DNA of 64,000 bases from IMG/VR virus record IMGVR_UViG_3300010430_000004, positions 64,001 through 128,000 of that record. The stretch is one strand, 5' to 3'. Source of the stretch: a virus. Under the pieces are notes generated by a model. The model ran no database searches. It had not been told where the DNA came from and saw only the letters and a program-made list of their open reading frames with translations. This document shows positions 50,526 through 60,940 of this stretch, one piece after another. The position numbers were made by a program, and so were the translations under genes. Position 1 is the first letter of the stretch, and each line of letters starts with the position of its first letter.

Positions 50526-50864
50526 ATGCAAGGCGCAATACTAAATGAATTATTAAGCACCATGGACGCTAAGATGTTCAATCTGGCTGTTCAGTTGTTG
50601 CTTTTCGGAGCTATCGGTTTTTGGCTAAAAGACATGAATAGTCGTATAGTAAATTATTACAAACTTAAGATGAGTGATTTTGGCCGTGGAACAAAAGTTC
50701 TTATACTAGGACACGAAGGATTTATTAGTCGGATCGGATTCAACGAAGTAGAGATTACTATAGATGTAGACAAGACCCTTTTCATTCCAGTAAATAAGTT
50801 TATAAGCACTGACAAGATCATTGTAGCTAAACAAGTTCACCAAAAAATAAGGGATGAGAAATGA
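50526..50864 (+). CDS. Truncated MscS-like protein (pore helix and middle beta-domain)
   Basis: AIGFWLKD...FGRGTKVLILGHEGFISRIGFNEVEI...TLFIPVNKF follows the MscS F-x-x-G-D-x-I...G-V-I-G...IPN pattern. Confidence 0.6.
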   Translation: MQGAILNELLSTMDAKMFNLAVQLLLFGAIGFWLKDMNSRIVNYYKLKMSDFGRGTKVLILGHEGFISRIGFNEVEITIDVDKTLFIPVNKFISTDKIIVAKQVHQKIRDEK

Positions 50865-52402
50865 GTAAGGTTAGATTTAAGAGATATATGCACTCTAATA
50901 AAGAAGACAATTATGACCTTGAAGAAACATTCAAAGACAACGAACTGCTGTATTGTGGATATGAAGAAGAGTTGGTATATGAGTATGATACCCTTACTAA
51001 AGAATTAAAACTTATAGGAGCTGGTGGATATTTTCTAGGCGATGAAAAAATTTCAGAAAGTGAATTAACGGAGATAAAGGAATATGACTAAAAAATACGA
51101 TCCAGATATGCAAAATTTACCATCTATAGAAATAGATTATGGTCTAGTTCCTGAAATCTATGATGGAATAGTGCAAGATATGCACAAAGGGTACCTTACA
51201 GTTAAAGTAAATGGTCAAGAAATAGAAGATAGAGTTACTGCTAACCTTATAGAAAAATTAATAGGTTGTGTAGATCACGAAACTCTTATTGGAATACTTA
51301 AAGATATAAGGGATTATAAATGATTAGTGTTGAAAAGAAAACTGTAGAGAAGTACACAGTAAGAGGCGATGGCCTTAGCTGGAGCATATTCACCCTAGAT
51401 GATGAAACTGGCGATATCAGTGTTCAATCTGATTGGGGCAACTACTCTTATATATGGAATTGCAGAGGGAATGGAAAGTCCCTAAAAGACTTTTTAATCA
51501 CCGCTGGTGTTGGCTACGTTAAAGACAAATTTAGTTACCCATGTAACGGCGGCAAAAAACACGTTTATCGTAAAGAATCCCTTGACAACTTTAAAAGAGA
51601 TATTATTAATGCTAGAAGAGATCATCAAATTCCTAAACATTATGCTAGATCTTTTTACGAAGCTCTTGATCATTTAGATCTACATGGAGATATCAATACT
51701 GTATATCATAGCGTTGAAAATATGGTTAGCTATTTGCAAGACAGCTGTGAGTTAGATTTATTTGACGATGGACCTTGGAGTGATGACTATGATTTTATGG
51801 AAAATGTAGTGGTTGGTTGTTCTCCACAGCTTAACACTTTTATGGAAAAAGTTTGGCCAGTATTTATAGACGCTTTGAAAAAGGAAAGAAAATGACTGAA
51901 GAAAAACTAGACTACTATATGAATAGAAAAGAACAAATTACCCTAGCTGAATCTAAGACTTTAAGGGCCAACTCTGCTCAGTGGAGGAAATTGTATTCTA
52001 AAATGGACGACAAAGCTTTGTTGAGTGTAGTCGATAATTTTCTTAACAATATATTCATAGAAGATACTGGAACTTATGATAGTCAACTGGTTCACACTAT
52101 TGTACCGTTACTTGTTAAACGTATAGATCCCAATCATAAAAGAAGCAATGACAGATACTAATTGGAGTGCTTGCTATATATGTCAGGGAGATTTGCCCGA
52201 TGACTACGAGTATGCCACCTGTTGTTCAGGAAGGGAGTGTGGTTGTATGGGAATGCCTATAGAAGTTCCTATATGCTCTTATGATTGTGAAAGATTGAAC
52301 GGTAGAATGTTTATGGATTATTCTATAGAAGTAAATATTAAAAGCTGGTATCCTGCTTGGCTGGTTAAATTAATAGTAAAATATAAGATTTGGAGAAATT
52401 AA
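50861..52402 (+). other. Run of five small hypothetical genes (ending 51091, 51323, 51895, 52161, 52402)
   Basis: Coupled ORFs; the last is Cys-rich. Confidence 0.55.
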
Positions 52403-53364
52403 TGAGTATATTTAAACCTAGAGTAGTTTATAAGCCTTTCGAATACCCATGGGCTGAAGAGTATACTGAGAAACAACAAATGGCTCACTGGCTTAAATCT
52501 GAAGTGCCCATGAGTAGTGACATTAATGATTGGAAAACCAAACTGTCTGAGTCTGAAAAGAATCTTATAGGAAATATATTAAAAGGCTTTACCCAAGTAG
52601 AGGTTATTGTGGGAGATTATTGGACAACCAAGGTTCCTTACTGGTTTCCTAAACCTGAGATTATTGCTGCTGCCATTACTCTAGGAAGCTTTGAAGTCAT
52701 TCACCAACAAGCCTATAGTCATCTCAACGATAGCCTTGGGTTAGATAACTACTCAGAATTTTTAGATGATGAGGCTACTAAAAATAAGCTAGACCTTTTA
52801 GTGGCTACTAAGAACAAAAACAAAGAAGAAATAGCTAGGAGTCTTGCCATATTTAGTGCATTTGGAGAAGGCGTACAATTATTCAGTAGCTTTGCTATTC
52901 TTATGAGCTTTAGCCTAAGAAACCTTATGAAAGGCGTAGGCCAAATAGTGAGTTGGAGCGTTAGAGACGAATCTCTACATTCTAATTTTGGCTGTAAACT
53001 ATTCAGAGAAGTTATTAGAGAGAACCCTGAGATCTGGACAGATGATTTTAAAAAGACTATTTATGACGCTGCACGACTAGTTGTTGAGTTAGAAGATGCT
53101 TTCATTGACAAGGCTTTTGAATTAGGTAATATTCCAGGGCTAACTAAAGAAGACATGAAAGCATTTATCAGACATAGAGCCAGCACCAAGCTAGGCGATC
53201 TTGGGCTAAAAATGAATTGGAAAAATATAGACCAAGCTGCATTAGACAGAATGGATTGGTTCGATAACTTAACGGCTGGAGTAAATCATCAAGACTTTTT
53301 TGCAGGTCGCGTAACAGATTACTCAAAAGGGCACGTAGACTTTAGTGGGATATTTACAAAATGA
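52402..53364 (+). CDS. nrdB: Ribonucleotide reductase class Ia beta subunit
   Basis: YKPFEYPW, EVIHQQAYS, GEGVQLFSSF, VRDESLH, DFFAGRVTDYSK; start at ATG 52402. Confidence 0.93.
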   Translation: MSIFKPRVVYKPFEYPWAEEYTEKQQMAHWLKSEVPMSSDINDWKTKLSESEKNLIGNILKGFTQVEVIVGDYWTTKVPYWFPKPEIIAAAITLGSFEVIHQQAYSHLNDSLGLDNYSEFLDDEATKNKLDLLVATKNKNKEEIARSLAIFSAFGEGVQLFSSFAILMSFSLRNLMKGVGQIVSWSVRDESLHSNFGCKLFREVIRENPEIWTDDFKKTIYDAARLVVELEDAFIDKAFELGNIPGLTKEDMKAFIRHRASTKLGDLGLKMNWKNIDQAALDRMDWFDNLTAGVNHQDFFAGRVTDYSKGHVDFSGIFTK

Positions 53365-53845
53365 TAGATTTTTATGAAAAAGTTCTCAATACTAAAATTG
53401 AAAGCCATGACTTTAACGACCCTATTACTCTTAAGAGGTATCTTCAAAAATTACTAACTACTCTTATAGATGAGGAAGAAAGCTTTAGTGGCAAGAGACC
53501 TTTCGGAAACTCTGGATGGCTATGGGACGTATATCTAGCTTTAATAAAAGCCGGACATATTCCAGGCAAATTAGATGAAGATGGATATATTGAAGAAATT
53601 GAAACCAAAGACGCTGATAATTTAATCAATAATTGTATAGAGCACTTATTCAAATGAGTATATTCTATACTAAATATTTTCAAATATTTGAAGGCGAAAA
53701 CAGAGAAAGCTTATTGTTTGGAATTGGAATAGGCACTTGTTATGTATGTTCTGATGATGATGATTTTAAGGCTATTTCAATAGATATCATTTTTATAAAA
53801 CATTTCAATATTTTAATTAGATATAAAACTGTAAAAAAATACTAG
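53361..53845 (+). other. Two hypothetical genes (53361-53657; one ending at 53845)
   Basis: First contains FSGKRPFGNSGW; coupled. Confidence 0.5.
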
Positions 53846-53871
53846 CATTTTGTTTGCTTTCATGTTATGAT
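53842..53871 (+). promoter_or_regulatory. TAGC-class promoter: CTAGCA-N18-TATGAT
   Basis: One of four copies. Confidence 0.7.
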
Positions 53872-53890
53872 AAATCTAACTGGAGGAATT

Positions 53891-54283
53891 ATGGAAAACA
53901 ATAAATTAGAAAAAATGTTAACATCATTTTTAGAGCGTCTTGATAAAATTGAAGACTTTGCTATTGAACACGCTCCTGATTTTGTTAAAGATATAGTTAA
54001 GGTAGAGTACGTTAAGCTTCAAAATCAAATAATTCATAGTACAATTATCTTTGTTATAGCTGCCACTTATATTGCTGGTTTCTTTTATTTCATAGGAATT
54101 GAAGATTCTGATAATTTTGGAAAACAGTTAGTTTTTGGCATTCCAGCTATTATAGCATTTCTAGGGGTTATTGGTTCTATTTTTGACGGAATCAATGAAA
54201 TTCTCGAATATAGAGAAATGAAAGCTTCTGAAAGATTGGTAGCCATTAATGGAATAAGCAAACTTCTTAAGGGAAAATTCTAA
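53891..54283 (+). CDS. Two-TM membrane protein
   Basis: GGAGG RBS before ATG 53891; the track start lies inside the -10 box. Confidence 0.65.
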   Translation: MENNKLEKMLTSFLERLDKIEDFAIEHAPDFVKDIVKVEYVKLQNQIIHSTIIFVIAATYIAGFFYFIGIEDSDNFGKQLVFGIPAIIAFLGVIGSIFDGINEILEYREMKASERLVAINGISKLLKGKF

Positions 54284-56262
54284 TGAAATACTCAAAAACA
54301 GCTACTATTTTAGCAATGTATGGAGCAGCTTTTTACCTTATAATGGATCCTTTCATTTTTACTGGAGTGCTTTTGTTGTTTATTGGAACAGACCTAGAAA
54401 GTAGATGGCTTAGTGGGCCTGTATTAAAGAAACCTAAAAAAGGTGGCCTTGATCGCTGGCTGAATAGGCATAAAAAATGATTTATTTATTTGAAGACTAT
54501 AGCGGAGAAGATTGGTCTGCCAATGATTATATGAAATATATTGACTGCTTTGGCAGCATTGAAGATCTTGAAAAACGCTTAATGATGGGTGATCTTAGCG
54601 CATACGAAGATTACAGAATTATGGAAAACGGTAATTGGAGAGACGTTAAATTAAAGCAGCATTATAAAAAAGTAACATCAATAAAAGATAAAATTATCAC
54701 TGATGCTTATGGAAATGAACACACTATTCCAACAGAAGTGACAAATAATGAAAAAGACTATATAACTGTGGAGTACTCGTGACTATTGGAATGTGGTTCT
54801 TTTTAATAATGATTCTGTGGTGTGGACACGTACCAAAAAATAGGAAGTGATGTGGATAGCCTTAAAAATATGCTTAAAAAATATTACAAATTCTATAGAG
54901 CGCCACTTAACGAAGATCTTGAGCTTGATCTTGAAAAAATAGTAAACGATGTTGGCACTCATTTTTATAATATGGGCAGAATAACCGAACTAGATAAAAT
55001 GAAAAGAATCAAAAGAGAAGTTATGAGCACTATGATACTTTGTGATGCTTGTGATCTTCAGGTTCCAGAGATGGCTTGTACTTGTTATGAAGTCGATATT
55101 ATAGACGTATTGGACAATATTAAAAAAATACTAGGAGAAAACGATGGATAAAACTGAAGTTGTTGAAAGGCTTAAAGAAATGGCAGCTGATCTTCAAGAG
55201 CTGGGGTTTATACTAACCAACCATGAAGAACAAGATGCTTATGAGATTTTAAACGATGCTGCTGATCTAGTAAATGAAGCCGCCGATACCATAGACGTAG
55301 GTGAAGAATGAGTAATAAAATGATGAGCACTCACGATTTGCATTGCCCTAACTGTCACACAGAGGTTGATCCAGATACTTTGCAGCAACTATGTTTTGAA
55401 CCTTATAATGGAATCTACTTTGAATGTGACGATTGTAAGCATGGATATTCTCTCAATATATATGTAGAAGCCCAATTAATCAGTGAACCAGAGACAGATG
55501 ATGAGTAGTGCTTATATAACTTTAAAAGGCAGGTATAAGTTTTTTCAAGACTTTTCAACAGTAATTATAGATTTTAAAAGAGCCAAAAAATTTGAAGTGG
55601 TAGATGAAGTAAACGGCCTTTTAAGACTAAGAGCCAAAAACTTTGGTATTCTTGGCAAGAAAAATCAGTATGGAAATGGCTGCTTATATTTAAGCCCTAA
55701 AAATATAAAAGGAATACAAGATGAGCGATAAAATGAGCGAAGAATACGGAAAAAGTAAGAGTTTTTTACAAGCATTAGATGAATTTTCTACAGAGCTTAT
55801 GAAAGATTGGATGGAAGTAGAAGAGATTGTTCTAAAAAAGCACAGCTTTATCAAAGCAGTAATGCAAACAATGCCAACTGAAATTGAATACAGAAAACCT
55901 TCAGAAAAAGACTTTCTAGCAAGAGCCCTTGAAGAGGGGTGTTTTGAAATTTATACCCATGCAAATAGAGTCACTATTAGATTGAAGGATGAGGAGTAAT
56001 GGAATTTTTTAGGAAATGTTTAAGCAAAACCACCAGTTCAGATTGGGCGTTTTTATTGGTTCAATTTGGTCTTTTGATTTATGGTGTTTATGAAGAAAAA
56101 CCTGATCTTTTATTTATAATAATTGTAGCTATTAGTTTAGGCTTTTTGTCCAGTCAACTAATATTTAGTGCTTTGCATGACGTAGTAATGGATGAAGCAA
56201 ATGATCTTATAGATATTCAAAAAAAATATATAAAAATACTTAAGGAAAAAGATGAAAGTTGA
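54283..56262 (+). other. Run of small hypothetical genes, including an untracked 55-aa ORF at 55144-55311
   Basis: Coupled ORFs; MDKTEVVERLKEMAADLQELG... fills the gap; 55308-55508 is a zinc ribbon. Confidence 0.5.
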
Positions 56263-56614
56263 TCGTAGAAAGTTCCTAAAAGCCCTCGGTGGAGTGGCTG
56301 GTGCTGCTGCATTGGGAATTACTCTAATACCTGAAAGAAAAAGCAAACTAAATATTGATTGGTCCTCAGTGGAAACAAAACCTCCAGGGGCTATAGCAGA
56401 TGTTCAGGTTATAAATACTGAAGGTGGAGTTCTTACTCGTGAAATTGTTGAAGAAGCAGCAGAAAGAGCTGTACAAAGCTTTGGTCAACCCTATAAGTAT
56501 ATTATGCCCTATGACGTAGCAAAGGCTTGGATGGAAGTGGACGACAAGACTTTGAAAAAAATTCTAAAAAACAATTCAAATATTATCATTTCTGACTTTG
56601 CTTGGGGATATTAA
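56252..56614 (+). CDS. Twin-arginine (Tat) signal protein with a capsid-like segment
   Basis: DRRKFLK plus hydrophobic ALGGVAGAAALGITLIP; VINTEGGVLTREIVEEAAERAVQSFGQPYKYIMP. Confidence 0.6.
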   Translation: MKVDRRKFLKALGGVAGAAALGITLIPERKSKLNIDWSSVETKPPGAIADVQVINTEGGVLTREIVEEAAERAVQSFGQPYKYIMPYDVAKAWMEVDDKTLKKILKNNSNIIISDFAWGY

Positions 56615-56880
56615 AAAATATGAGTCAAACACTTGCAGAAAAATTAAGAAATAAAATTCAAAAAGACCTTTCTATTTTTCTAAAACAGAAAGTTTGGTCT
56701 CCTGAAACAGAAGAGGGCAAACTACAGCGAGAAAATATACAAAAAACTGTAAGCAAAGCTGTTGAGTGCTTTTTAGAAGGAAACGTAACAGAAATACAAC
56801 CAATAATAGAAGACGTTAAAATAGTTGGCAGCTCTATAGAACTAAAGCTATCAATACCAATAAGCTACATAGAGGAATAA
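56602..56880 (+). CDS. Hypothetical protein
   Basis: Fills the gap before nrdA; start uncertain. Confidence 0.5.
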   Translation: MGILKNMSQTLAEKLRNKIQKDLSIFLKQKVWSPETEEGKLQRENIQKTVSKAVECFLEGNVTEIQPIIEDVKIVGSSIELKLSIPISYIEE

Positions 56881-56881
56881 T

Positions 56882-58597
56882 ATGAAAAAAGGCATCGATT
56901 ATCCTAATTGGATGAACGAAGTTTCTGTTCAGACAATGAACAAGGGACAATTACTTCCAGGTGAAAACGTATATCAAGCCTTTGAAAGGGTAGCTAACTC
57001 TGCTGCTTGTCGATTGCTTATTCCAGACATGAAGAAATATTTCTATGAAGCTATGGAAAAGGGTTGGCTATGTCCAGCCACTCCAGTACTTACTAATATG
57101 GGCACTTCTCGTGGTTTACCTATTAGCTGTTTTGGAATAGACGTAGACGATAACCTGTACGATATCTATGACAAGGTTACTGAACAAGCCGTACTCACTG
57201 CTCAAGGTGGAGGGGTTGGAGTAGGCATGAACCGAATCAGAGGCCGTGGAGCACCGATTAAACAGCGTGGTGAATCTGAAGGTATTATTCCATGGGCACA
57301 CGTCTATGATAGCGCCATTATTGCTACTTCTCAGGGAAATATTAGGCGTGGAGCATCATCAATTAACCTTAATATTAGACATAAAGACATTCACGAATTT
57401 CTTAGAATGAGAAGACCAGAAGGTGACACTAATCGTCAGAACCTCAACTTGCACCATTGCGTACAAATCACTGATGAATTTATGGAAAGCATCGCTAATG
57501 GAAATAAAGCCGATCAAGACTTGATGATTGAGATTCTAAAGACTAGATTTGAAACAGGCGAGCCTTATATTCACTTCATCGACACTACTAACTATGATAA
57601 TCCTGCTGGATATAAAAGACTAGACCTAGACGTTTCTATGACTAATATATGTTCAGAGATTGTTCTTCATACCGATCCAACTCACAGTTTTGTTTGTTGT
57701 TTATCTAGTCTTAACTTATTAAAATATGATGATTGGAAAGACTATGTTTTCGATAATGGTATGACTCTCCCAGAACTAACTGCTTGGTTTCTTGAAGGAG
57801 TTTTAAACGAATTTATTGAAAAAGGAAAATCTATAAAAGGCATGGAAAACGCCATCAGGTCTGCTGTAAAGGGTAGGGCTATTGGAATAGGCGTTCTTGG
57901 CTGGCATGGGTTTTTACAATCAAAAAATATTCCATTCGTTTCTCTAATGAGCACTTCCTATACTCATGGAATATTTAAATTCATTGATTCTGAATCATTA
58001 AAAGCTTCTAAACAAATGGCTGAAATATTTGGCGTACCTAAATGGTGCGTAGATACTCGACACTCTCACAGAATAGCCTTAGCTCCCACAGTAAGTAATA
58101 GTGCTAGGGCGAATACTAGTGCTTCTATTGAGCCATATAGGGCCAATGCGTGGAACTATAAAGGCGCTCAGGGAGTTTACTTAATGAAGAACCCTCAATT
58201 AGAAACTTTGCTTAAAGATCTTGGAAAAAACACCAAAGATGTTTGGAAAAGCATAGTAGTTAACGGTGGATCTGTTCAACATCTTGAATTCTTATCAGCT
58301 GACCAAAAAGAAGTATATTTGACTTTTCCAGAAATAGACCAAGTAGAGCTGGTACGTTTGGCTGGACATAGACAAAAATATATAGACCAGGCTCAAAGCG
58401 TTAATTTATGTTTTCCAGCAAATGCTGACGCTGATTATATATGGGATGCTCATTTTGAGGCTTGGAAAAAGGGCCTAAAGACTCTTTATTATTGCAGAAG
58501 TGAAAGCGTAATTAAAGGTGACACTGGAAGTAGAAGCTTTGTACGCAAAAATGTCGATAATAATGAGGAAGAAGATTGCAGTTTTTGCGAAGGATGA
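56882..58597 (+). CDS. nrdA: Ribonucleotide reductase class Ia alpha subunit, no ATP cone
   Basis: PATPVLTN, ISCF, GGGVG, TNICSEI, VCCLSSLN, APT, IDQAQS, KTLYY, C-terminal CSFCEG. Confidence 0.95.
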   Translation: MKKGIDYPNWMNEVSVQTMNKGQLLPGENVYQAFERVANSAACRLLIPDMKKYFYEAMEKGWLCPATPVLTNMGTSRGLPISCFGIDVDDNLYDIYDKVTEQAVLTAQGGGVGVGMNRIRGRGAPIKQRGESEGIIPWAHVYDSAIIATSQGNIRRGASSINLNIRHKDIHEFLRMRRPEGDTNRQNLNLHHCVQITDEFMESIANGNKADQDLMIEILKTRFETGEPYIHFIDTTNYDNPAGYKRLDLDVSMTNICSEIVLHTDPTHSFVCCLSSLNLLKYDDWKDYVFDNGMTLPELTAWFLEGVLNEFIEKGKSIKGMENAIRSAVKGRAIGIGVLGWHGFLQSKNIPFVSLMSTSYTHGIFKFIDSESLKASKQMAEIFGVPKWCVDTRHSHRIALAPTVSNSARANTSASIEPYRANAWNYKGAQGVYLMKNPQLETLLKDLGKNTKDVWKSIVVNGGSVQHLEFLSADQKEVYLTFPEIDQVELVRLAGHRQKYIDQAQSVNLCFPANADADYIWDAHFEAWKKGLKTLYYCRSESVIKGDTGSRSFVRKNVDNNEEEDCSFCEG

Positions 58598-59257
58598 TAT
58601 GAAAGCTTTAACAAATATTTTATTAGCCATTGGCGGCATTGTGCTTGTAGGTGGATGTATTTATGGTGGTTTTTGGTTAAAGAGAACAATGAATTACAAC
58701 CTATATTACAAAGATCAAATAGTAAAAGAAATTAAAGAAAATGTAAAGAAAGAGTGCCTCAAATGAGTTGGAGTGAAAGCGTAGCCAAAGACACTTGGGA
58801 AAACAATGAGCTTTTTGAATTCTCTTTAGTTGGGGATGACTCTATGATGGCTATTCTTTGTAATGAATTTGAGCCTTACAATGTTGTCACAAATAAGCAA
58901 TTAAGTAAAGGCGATTTATTTTACGATGGAGCCGGACAAGCAGCAGTTATTATATCTCAAATTATAACAGGACCATATAAGGTTTATGAATACGAAGCTG
59001 TTTCTGAAGAAAATCCAACTTACGCTGTTTACGAAGATCCTATAGTAAGGGCCAGAAACCTTAGATTTCTTAAAACCTCAAACACCTTTATTGATTTATT
59101 AGAAGTTTCTGGATATACTGGTCATGTAGTTGATGGAGATGTAGAGATTCATTTTAAAGGTAGTGATCATTATTGTGTGCTTGCTAGGGAACTTTTTGAA
59201 CCACAGTATTTAGAATTTATTGAACTTTGGCATGGAGTTAAAATTGAAAGTAACTGA
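58518..59257 (+). other. Two hypothetical genes (TM protein ending 58766; acidic protein ending 59257)
   Basis: Coupled ORFs; starts uncertain. Confidence 0.5.
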
Positions 59258-59726
59258 TACACATATTTATTTTTGGGGAGGGATATACTCTCAATGGGCT
59301 AAGGTAAAGTTTAATGATGGAGAGAAAGAATTTTCATCTGCTGAACAATACATGATGTATAGAAAAGCAGTAACTTTTAATGATTTAGAAGCTGCTGAAA
59401 AAATTATGAAAACCAACGACCCTAAGAAACAAAAAGCTATTGGAAGAACTGTAAAAAACTTTGACCCTGATGTTTGGTCTAATATGAGCCTAGCAGTGGT
59501 TACTCTAGGAAACTTTTTTAAATTTAGCCAAAACCCTAAATTGTATAAAGAATTGTTAGCTACTGGTGATAAGACTATAGTAGAGGGCTCTCCCTATGAT
59601 AAGATTTGGGGAGTTGGGTTAGCATGGGATGATCCTAAGATTTTAGACGAAGCTAACTGGGATGGCCAAAATTTACTAGGCATAGCTATTATGGAAACTA
59701 GGTTCCTTTTAAGAGAGGTTGCATGA
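59232..59726 (+). CDS. NADAR (YbiA/DUF1768) family hydrolase
   Basis: YSQW, SAEQYMM..KA..F, KAIGR, KFSQN, LLATG, VEGSPYDKIWGVG, GQNLLG. Confidence 0.9.
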   Translation: MELKLKVTDTHIYFWGGIYSQWAKVKFNDGEKEFSSAEQYMMYRKAVTFNDLEAAEKIMKTNDPKKQKAIGRTVKNFDPDVWSNMSLAVVTLGNFFKFSQNPKLYKELLATGDKTIVEGSPYDKIWGVGLAWDDPKILDEANWDGQNLLGIAIMETRFLLREVA

Positions 59727-60013
59727 GAAATTTAATAGCTGTTCTTAGACTGTGCATTACAGTAGCCTTAGCAATGTCTGCTTACAAGTATGGAAAAATT
59801 GAAGGACGTAGAGAAGGAAGAGCCCAGGGCGCATACGATGGTATGAAATGGGGCAATGAAATGCTTAAGAAAGAAAAAAGAATCAAAGAAAATGAAATCG
59901 AAATCCTTGAAAAGGTTATAGAAAAATGCGACCTACCAGAGTCCCATGGTCTTGGTCCGGTAGAAACTGCGAGCCTTGATATTTATAAGAATATAGGAGA
60001 ATATAATGAGTGA
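59723..60013 (+). CDS. Membrane-anchored hypothetical protein
   Basis: N-terminal TM then GxxxG repeats. Confidence 0.5.
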   Translation: MRNLIAVLRLCITVALAMSAYKYGKIEGRREGRAQGAYDGMKWGNEMLKKEKRIKENEIEILEKVIEKCDLPESHGLGPVETASLDIYKNIGEYNE

Positions 60014-60932
60014 TCCAAATGATATCTGGGAAGACGAAGGTTCTGACAGAGAATATATGACTGAAGAAGAATACGAAGCCGTAGCAAACGGTCAGTATAT
60101 TGATGAGGGTTATCAAGAAGTTTACGAAGATGATCCTAACAATTTCATGGATGTATATGAAGAAGAATACGAAGATATGGAAGATGAAGAGCTTCAAGCA
60201 AAAACTGATGAAGTTCTTGATGGTGCTCTTATACGTCTTGAGCAAGGCCGCTTATATAAAATGATTATGGAAACCATAGACGGTGGAATGTTTGAAGATA
60301 CTGGATGCGATGAGCGTTCTATCAAAAATGTTGAGCGTGAGATGAAAGCGTTTATTATGAGTCGCCTAGAAGTTCTTCTTGGCATTCGTAAGAAAGCTGC
60401 AAAGAAAGTAAAAGTTGTTCGTGAAAAACAAGAAAATCAACTAAGTGACGTTGAAGTAGCTGTTATTAAAAAATTAACAAACACTGCTATCCAAAAGTCT
60501 GGCATTAAACCAGTAAGTGGGAATAGCGGATCACTTAAAAAGGTTGGAGCGCCTAAACAAGCGCCTAAACCTCAACCAAAAGCTGCTGCACCTGCTCCAA
60601 AGCCTAAGCCTAAGAGAAGAAAAAAGGCAACTAAATCAGCAGCGCCTAAGAAAAAGGTTAGAAGAAAAACTAGAAAATCATCCAAATCCTTTGCTGACAT
60701 GACAGACGAAGAAAAACTGGCTAGAAATCAGGAAGTTAGTGATAGACAAGCTAGAAATAAGGTAAAATACGATGGGGTGCCAACAGCACCAGGCTCACCA
60801 GCACCACTTCCACCTCCAACAGGAGATGAAATGGCAATGTACCATCAACAACAGGCTCAACAAATGCCAAATGGAACCGATCTTAAAGGAAATTTAACCC
60901 AACACATACTTAACGCGTTGAATAAGAAATAG
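60006..60932 (+). CDS. Protein with acidic N-terminus and K/A/P-rich histone-H1-like tract
   Basis: D/E-rich first ~65 aa; APKQAPKPQPKAAAPAPKPKPKRRKKATKSAAPKKKVRRKTRKSSK. Confidence 0.65.
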   Translation: MSDPNDIWEDEGSDREYMTEEEYEAVANGQYIDEGYQEVYEDDPNNFMDVYEEEYEDMEDEELQAKTDEVLDGALIRLEQGRLYKMIMETIDGGMFEDTGCDERSIKNVEREMKAFIMSRLEVLLGIRKKAAKKVKVVREKQENQLSDVEVAVIKKLTNTAIQKSGIKPVSGNSGSLKKVGAPKQAPKPQPKAAAPAPKPKPKRRKKATKSAAPKKKVRRKTRKSSKSFADMTDEEKLARNQEVSDRQARNKVKYDGVPTAPGSPAPLPPPTGDEMAMYHQQQAQQMPNGTDLKGNLTQHILNALNKK

Positions 60933-60940
60933 GAGAGACA

